A DNA stretch of 64,000 nucleotides, from positions 4,864 to 68,863 of the forward strand of contig CBDFFH010000054.1 of the NCBI GenBank assembly GCA_965246715.1, given 5' to 3'. The position numbers and the translations under genes were made by a program. This document shows positions 58,716 to 64,000 of this stretch, in pieces (position 1 is the stretch's first letter; each line of letters opens with the position of its first letter). The stretch is from Chamaesiphon sp. (GTDB lineage Bacteria > Cyanobacteriota > Cyanobacteriia > Cyanobacteriales > Chamaesiphonaceae). The notes below the pieces were generated by a model, which was not told the DNA's origin, made no database searches, and worked only from the letters and a program-made list of their open reading frames with translations.

Positions 58716-59024
58716 AAGATACGATCGCTCAAAATTACGGCGCAAAACTAAGGTAACTGAACCTTAAACTCTAAAGCTAAGGATCGATCCAGAAGTGATT
58801 GAGTTCCACTTGATTTTGTTTTCGGCTTACAAGCTATCCTACTATTTTCTGGACGAATCTGCGTATGCTCGCTACAGCTAATTTTTACCGCGAGGCGATC
58901 GACATGATGTTGATAAATGCTCGAAACTACTGCTTCAAAGCTTTACATGCTCCATTCGCTGTTGAGATCTGGGATCGTAGATTCGCAGCTATATTAGAAG
59001 ATTGACACTCTAGCTAAAAAATCA

Positions 59025-59654
59025 CTAATACTTTTTCAACTGTCGTCGTTGAATGATGCGATCGATTTCTGGAAGATCGAGATAGGGGCTGAATACTTTC
59101 AGCGCCTCAGCTGGAACGGTCGAATTGCTAATATATTCCTTTGTAATATTTCCCTCTTTTAGGGTCACGCGCCAAGGTGCATTACCGACACCTTGAGATT
59201 CGGAACTAAAAATAGTTTGCTGGCGATCGATCTGAACTTGAATTTTAATATTCGGGTAATCGTCTGTGCGCGCGATTATCGGTTTATATGTGCCGACTCG
59301 AAGTGGTGTTTTGGCTAAGATCGCTAAGAATTTGGTCGTCGCCGCACTCGGAATTTTTACTCTAGTTGTTTTCTGCTGACGAACTCCTGCCGCGCCATAA
59401 CCACCGATCGCCACATGTGCGTTACCGACTAATTCTTGTTGTTTCCGGCGTAATTTATAATGACGTAAAATCGGCGTGATATCTGAATAGCCATTCCAAT
59501 CATTATGAATTTCGACAGTAGTTGCCTGCTTTACTATTGCCAAGTTAGGCGGTGATGGTTGTGGTTGACCGATCGCGGGTACAACTACCCGTGGCTCGCT
59601 ACAACTGCCGCATGATAATAGTAATAACAGCAAGGGCAATCTTTTTTTGCACAT
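59025..59654 (-). CDS. hypothetical lipoprotein
   Basis: MCKKRLPLLLLLLSCGSCS lipobox-like signal. No domain recognised. Confidence 0.5.
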   Translation of the reverse strand: MCKKRLPLLLLLLSCGSCSEPRVVVPAIGQPQPSPPNLAIVKQATTVEIHNDWNGYSDITPILRHYKLRRKQQELVGNAHVAIGGYGAAGVRQQKTTRVKIPSAATTKFLAILAKTPLRVGTYKPIIARTDDYPNIKIQVQIDRQQTIFSSESQGVGNAPWRVTLKEGNITKEYISNSTVPAEALKVFSPYLDLPEIDRIIQRRQLKKY

Positions 59655-59767
59655 AGACCCAATAAAGCTAGCCGCCCAGATCTTAGCAGAAAACAGTTCG
59701 GCTAGAAGTAGGATCCGATCAAACCCATCTTTGAGACATGCACTCTCAAAGATAAGTGCGCACTAGC

Positions 59768-60361
59768 TCAACCCCATGCTACGTAAGGCAATTTAGTCGC
59801 TGTCACCTGAGTTTGAACGGCATTAGCTACCAATTGTCCGCAAGCATCCCAGGTACCATTAATAAGTTGCTGGCGAGAGCCTTCACCGATCGATAGTGGT
59901 GCGACAAAGTCCCCACAGCACACCTGCAAGGCGGCTAGATCGATGGTTATCGGCGTTTTGGAGTTAGAGTTCAAAATCTCTTGCAGGCGAGTCGTGGTGG
60001 CTGAATCTGCGGTCAAACAGGGGATGCCCATTGCCACACAGTTACCAAAAAAGATTTCCGAGTAGCTTTCGCCGACGATCGCTTGGATGCCCCATTTAGC
60101 GAGGGCTTGGGGTGCGTGTTCGCGACTAGAACCACAGCCGAAATTGCTATTGACGACGAGGATATTCGCGCCTTGGAATTGGGGTAAATCGAAAGGGTGT
60201 GCGCCGTTGAGCTGAGATCGATCGTCTTCAAAAACATTGGCTCCGAGTCCGTCGAAGGTGACGCAGCGGAGAAATCGAGCAGGAATAATGCGATCGGTAT
60301 CGATGTCGTTACCTGTCAGGGGGATGGCGGTACCGGAGATGGAGGCGATTTGGCTGTTCAT
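59768..60361 (-). CDS. leuD: 3-isopropylmalate dehydratase small subunit
   Basis: [23 protein letters not shown] motifs. 197 aa. Confidence 0.9.
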   Translation of the reverse strand: MNSQIASISGTAIPLTGNDIDTDRIIPARFLRCVTFDGLGANVFEDDRSQLNGAHPFDLPQFQGANILVVNSNFGCGSSREHAPQALAKWGIQAIVGESYSEIFFGNCVAMGIPCLTADSATTTRLQEILNSNSKTPITIDLAALQVCCGDFVAPLSIGEGSRQQLINGTWDACGQLVANAVQTQVTATKLPYVAWG

Positions 60362-60495
60362 GGTACTTAGTTGGTGTGGTTATTTAACACGGAGGGGCAC
60401 TGAGGGTACACAGAGGCACACGGAGTAAGGCAGCGAAAGTCCCCTCCTCGGAGGGGTGCCCGACAGGGCGGGGTGGGTAAGATCTATGCTAATCA

Positions 60496-60888
60496 CTAAT
60501 CCTGCACGATCGCTTCAGCCTCGATTTCGATTAGAATATCGGGCGAGATCAATCTGCTAACTTCAACCATTGCGGTAGTGGGGCGGATTTCGCTAAAGAA
60601 TTCTCCATGTGCTTTGCCGATTTTTTCCCAGTCGTCGATGTTGGTGCAGTAGATGCGGGTACGTACGACATCTGAGAGGCTGGCTCCAGCTTGTTTGAGG
60701 GCGGATTCGATATTGAGGATGATTTGTTTGGTTTGGGCATATGAGTCCCCGATCCCGACTAATTCGCCTTCACTATTTGAGGCAGTAGTCCCAGAGACGT
60801 GGATGGTATTACCGATTTTGACGGCGCGGGAGTAACCGATGATTGGTTCCCATTTGGAACCTGTGGAAATATTTTGGCGTTGTGACAT
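60496..60888 (-). CDS. ridA: RidA/YjgF family reactive-intermediate deaminase
   Basis: 130 aa. ...ARSAV-like core, and [11 protein letters not shown]...IEIEAEA C-terminus. Confidence 0.85.
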   Translation of the reverse strand: MSQRQNISTGSKWEPIIGYSRAVKIGNTIHVSGTTASNSEGELVGIGDSYAQTKQIILNIESALKQAGASLSDVVRTRIYCTNIDDWEKIGKAHGEFFSEIRPTTAMVEVSRLISPDILIEIEAEAIVQD

Positions 60889-60913
60889 AGTTTTTCCAGT
60901 AGGAGTGTAGTTA

Positions 60914-61564
60914 TTATCCTTGAAATTGACTCATCAGCCATTGACCGACTTGAGATTGGTCTGTTTCTTTGCTACGATTTAATGCTTCGGTAATAGTGGC
61001 GATCGATAAGTTCGGCAATACCAGAGAAGTATCGATTCTGCGGCTACCTCGATCGATTATTTCAAAAGCATAAATCAGAGTATTCTGGACATCGACTATC
61101 CAATATTCAGATACGCCCATTTCTTCATATAGGAAACGTTTCGCACCGAGATCGTCATTAATAGTAGTATTGGAAATCTCAATTACTAAATCGGGAGTAG
61201 CTTGCGCATCCAAGTTGATGACGGATGTACCGACAGGTGCTAATTTTGCTCTATCTCCACAGTAATAAGATAGGTCTGGTTGACATTCTCTGATTCCATT
61301 TTTACGATAGCTACAATTATCAAATCCATTAATCGCAATCCCCCCAATCGTACAGAACAGATTAATGGCATTCGCCACAAGTAAGTGATAGCGAGAGTGG
61401 TCTGCACCTGTTGGCATATCCTCAATCCTCATGTAGCCATCATAATAATAGCCTTGATGTTGTTCGTGTTCTGGGGATTCGATCGTGCTTATATATATAT
61501 CCCAGTCAGTTTTTATCCAACTATTAGCTATTAGTTTTTCTTGGAGTTGAATCATGATAATCAC
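60914..61564 (-). CDS. Uma2 family (DUF820) putative endonuclease
   Basis: [11 protein letters not shown]...[19 protein letters not shown] signature. Confidence 0.8.
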   Translation of the reverse strand: MIIMIQLQEKLIANSWIKTDWDIYISTIESPEHEQHQGYYYDGYMRIEDMPTGADHSRYHLLVANAINLFCTIGGIAINGFDNCSYRKNGIRECQPDLSYYCGDRAKLAPVGTSVINLDAQATPDLVIEISNTTINDDLGAKRFLYEEMGVSEYWIVDVQNTLIYAFEIIDRGSRRIDTSLVLPNLSIATITEALNRSKETDQSQVGQWLMSQFQG

Positions 61565-61638
61565 CTGTGATTAATTTTGAACGTTGCAAAAATTCTAATC
61601 TGGCAATGTTCGAGATGTTTTAATGAGTTTCAGTCTGG

Positions 61639-61932
61639 CTAACTATCTCCAGTATTTCTATCGCTCTTAAAGTAACCTTTCTCCTCCATTTTTTCACACC
61701 ACCTATCAAAAGCTAAAAAATCTTCTTGTAAAGCAAATGCTATTTCCATATGTTTTCTATTTGCTGGACACAATATGCCTGGGCTACATCTCTTCTGATT
61801 TGCTTCTGCTCTGTTTGCTATGATTATCAACTCTGCGCCACATCGAGGACATAGTACCTTACCACCATTGGTATTTACATCAAGGGCTTTTTGAAGATTT
61901 TCACTAGCTCCATCAAAAATAAAATCTTCCAT
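61639..61932 (-). CDS. hypothetical zinc-ribbon protein
   Basis: CPRCG...C..GILCP cysteine pattern. 97 aa. Starts 20 nt after the upstream gene's stop. Confidence 0.4.
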   Translation of the reverse strand: MEDFIFDGASENLQKALDVNTNGGKVLCPRCGAELIIIANRAEANQKRCSPGILCPANRKHMEIAFALQEDFLAFDRWCEKMEEKGYFKSDRNTGDS

Positions 61933-61952
61933 AAAAGACCTTCATGCGTTAT

Positions 61953-62549
61953 CTAAATTGCGTTGTTAGATAGAATTGCTAAGATTTTGTCTATTTCTTT
62001 GATATAGTAATCATTAGAATCGATAAAAGCAACTTGTCCTTCTAGCTTTAAAAACTTCCAATCCGTTCCAGTGGTAACTGCACCATATAGAGTCTCGGTT
62101 GGATTGCCTTCTTTTTGATTGAATAAACGAGCGGCAATCATCGTAGCTATACATTGTCCTAATCCACTAGGAATACTTTCATTTTTTGCTTCGACGATCG
62201 TCAGCACAGGGCTAGCAATGTAATACTGTTCTGGCGATCGACTCAATATAAAATCACAGCGACCATCTAAACCTTGACTGGAATCGACTTCAAAACTACT
62301 GCCAGAGAAGATCGAAATTTGGTTTTTAAGTAATCGTCGAACTTCCATGAGAATTGGCATAATGACTAGTTCCGATCGCGCTTTTTCGGTATTAATCGCA
62401 CTAGCTAACGGAATTTGATCTTTGAGTACGAGTGATAGCAGATCGCTGGGTTTAATTGGGGTAATTTCTGCAAATAAGTCTTGCGTTTCATCTGTGATGA
62501 GTGCAAAGTCGGATTTGACTTTACTCAGGGTAAAATTACTGTATGCCAT
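61953..62549 (-). CDS. PD-(D/E)xK nuclease-fold protein (HsdR-N-like)
   Basis: GRCDFILS...PVLTIVEAKNE (D...E-x-K). Start set at ATG 62549 (MAYSNFTLSKVKSDF...). Confidence 0.6.
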   Translation of the reverse strand: MAYSNFTLSKVKSDFALITDETQDLFAEITPIKPSDLLSLVLKDQIPLASAINTEKARSELVIMPILMEVRRLLKNQISIFSGSSFEVDSSQGLDGRCDFILSRSPEQYYIASPVLTIVEAKNESIPSGLGQCIATMIAARLFNQKEGNPTETLYGAVTTGTDWKFLKLEGQVAFIDSNDYYIKEIDKILAILSNNAI

Positions 62550-62620
62550 ATTAATTTTACTCGATGTATTAGTTTTGTTTTCTCTCAAGATGGTGTTTTC
62601 AATACTTTGACCTCTTGTTT

Positions 62621-63214
62621 TTATGTTAATATCGATCGAACATCTAAGCTGAATCCATGAAGTACATCCTCTCCACTCAAAGTAGATGGAGATTCCAAAA
62701 TTTCTACTTCCTTGCCAATTCGGTAGATCTCGACTTGTTGCTGCTGGGGATTAATCAGCCAGCCGAGCCGCACACCATTATCGCGGTACTCTAACATCTT
62801 GGCTTGGAGTTTTGGTAGGCTATCACTTTGGGACGATCTCAACTCAATCACAAAATCGGGTACAACTTCGGGGAAAGTCACACCAGGCGGGAGCGCATCT
62901 ACTTTTGATTGCTGGAGCCATATTACATCGGCAGATTTGAGTGCCCCATTGGGTAGTGTGAAGCCACCAGAAGAGTCGTATACTCTGCCCAGTCTAGTTT
63001 GGCGGTTCCACGTCCACACTTCTCCGAACAAATCTCCATTCTTTTCGGAGCTTGCGAGTGCGACTGGTGGCATGACGATTAGTTCTCCTGTGGCTGTTAG
63101 CTCTAATCTGAGTTCTGGGTTGTCACGGCACAAAGCATCGAACTGTTCGCGAGTGACGTGAAGAGTTATGCTCTGAGTATTGAGTAATGGTGTGTGAGTG
63201 TCTAGTAATTGCAT
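62621..63214 (-). CDS. Uma2 family (DUF820) putative endonuclease
   Basis: PDFVIELRSSQ...KMLEYRDNGVRLGWLINP signature. Confidence 0.8.
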   Translation of the reverse strand: MQLLDTHTPLLNTQSITLHVTREQFDALCRDNPELRLELTATGELIVMPPVALASSEKNGDLFGEVWTWNRQTRLGRVYDSSGGFTLPNGALKSADVIWLQQSKVDALPPGVTFPEVVPDFVIELRSSQSDSLPKLQAKMLEYRDNGVRLGWLINPQQQQVEIYRIGKEVEILESPSTLSGEDVLHGFSLDVRSILT

Positions 63215-63257
63215 AGTTATAAATCACCGTTTCTTTCAAATTTACCAACAAGCTACA

Positions 63258-63941
63258 TCAATCCCTTTGTAGGTCTTTCAGTTTTGCTTCCAATTCCATC
63301 AGTTTAGATTCTAATACTTGACGAGTGCTGACTTCTGACTCTAGAGCCAGAGACAGCTCGGCATGAGATGGTAGCATTCGATCGCTATTAGGCTGATAAA
63401 ATCTAAATTTATCTGCTGTAATTCGTAAGTCTAGGTCTAATACTTGACTATGAATCGATAGCGATCTCTCTTCGCTTGCGCTTGGATGAATCGGCAAATA
63501 ATTACCATCGTTCAATCTAAATCCCTGCAAGGCTGGACGTAAGTAGTCATTGGTCGGATCGTATAGAAAATACTCTTGCACTCCTAAATAAGCATAGATC
63601 CCTTTTTTCGCACCTTGGTCTTGAGCGCGAGTGCTGTATGACGTAATTTCTAGGATAAAGTTAGGAACTAGATCTCTTTCTTCCCAAATTTTGTAAGATT
63701 TACGACTATTGGCATTTGCACCAAAGATAACAAAGACATCTGGAGCAACTACCGAAGCCGGATTTCCTTGCTCGTAATAGATAAATAAATTACCCGCGAC
63801 GTAGACATCCTGCCGATCTTGATAGTGCAAAGACAATGCTTCGGTGCAATAAGCTAAACATTTGCGCTGAACATCACCTTCTGCGATCGGTTTATTATCT
63901 GTATCTGGATATTCGACTATCGAATTATCTAAAGCGATCAT
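63258..63941 (-). CDS. Uma2 family (DUF820) putative endonuclease with C-terminal coiled coil
   Basis: PNFILEITSYST...GAKKGIYAYLGVQEYFLYDP, and a LESKLMELEAKLKDLQ tail. Confidence 0.8.
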   Translation of the reverse strand: MIALDNSIVEYPDTDNKPIAEGDVQRKCLAYCTEALSLHYQDRQDVYVAGNLFIYYEQGNPASVVAPDVFVIFGANANSRKSYKIWEERDLVPNFILEITSYSTRAQDQGAKKGIYAYLGVQEYFLYDPTNDYLRPALQGFRLNDGNYLPIHPSASEERSLSIHSQVLDLDLRITADKFRFYQPNSDRMLPSHAELSLALESEVSTRQVLESKLMELEAKLKDLQRD

Positions 63942-64000
63942 CAGAGAATTATTACCTCGGAATTACATGCAAATATGCTATGAGTTTCTCAAATGTAAAG

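Overview
This window reads as a cyanobacterial chromosome segment. Lineage markers are btpA, an SqdX-like GT4 glycosyltransferase, a rimO plus CrhR-like helicase pair, an Omp85/BamA with a POTRA region, pentapeptide-repeat and Uma2 proteins, abundant CGATCG (HIP1-core) palindromes, and heptanucleotide STRR-like arrays. I can support about 60 protein genes, mostly housekeeping: gshB, leuB, leuD, pgk, plsC, trpE, smpB, murC, murB, tmk, purC, bamA, rimO, thiE and thiS. By eye I found no rRNA, tRNA, tmRNA, riboswitch or CRISPR array. The accessory content is as follows. (1) The left 5 kb is a decay zone bracketed by two insertion sequences: an ISL3 element cut by the window edge and a complete ISAzo13-like element. 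Between them lie a 5'-truncated crtW and a PAS/HisKA kinase remnant whose reading frame is set by a (TTCG)12 microsatellite. (2) There are further gene remnants: an IS5-like transposase tail and adjacent DJ-1/PfpI and AraC pseudogenes. (3) At least two MITE families and a modular repeat occupy intergenic spacers. (4) A four-gene oxidative-folding cluster holds a VKOR-Trx fusion, two stand-alone copies of its Trx domain and a DsbA-like protein. (5) thiE, thiS, DUF2237 and a Nudix gene form an apparent operon. (6) A membrane Ser/Thr kinase homologue has substitutions at catalytic positions, suggesting a pseudokinase. (7) A leaderless amidase-glucosaminidase has an altered zinc-ligand motif. (8) An AT-rich islet of three Uma2 nucleases, one PD-(D/E)xK protein and a zinc-ribbon ORF sits at the right edge. 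I did not find an unambiguous new multi-gene system. Items 1, 4, 6 and 8 are the best leads, and all need database and comparative checks I cannot run here.
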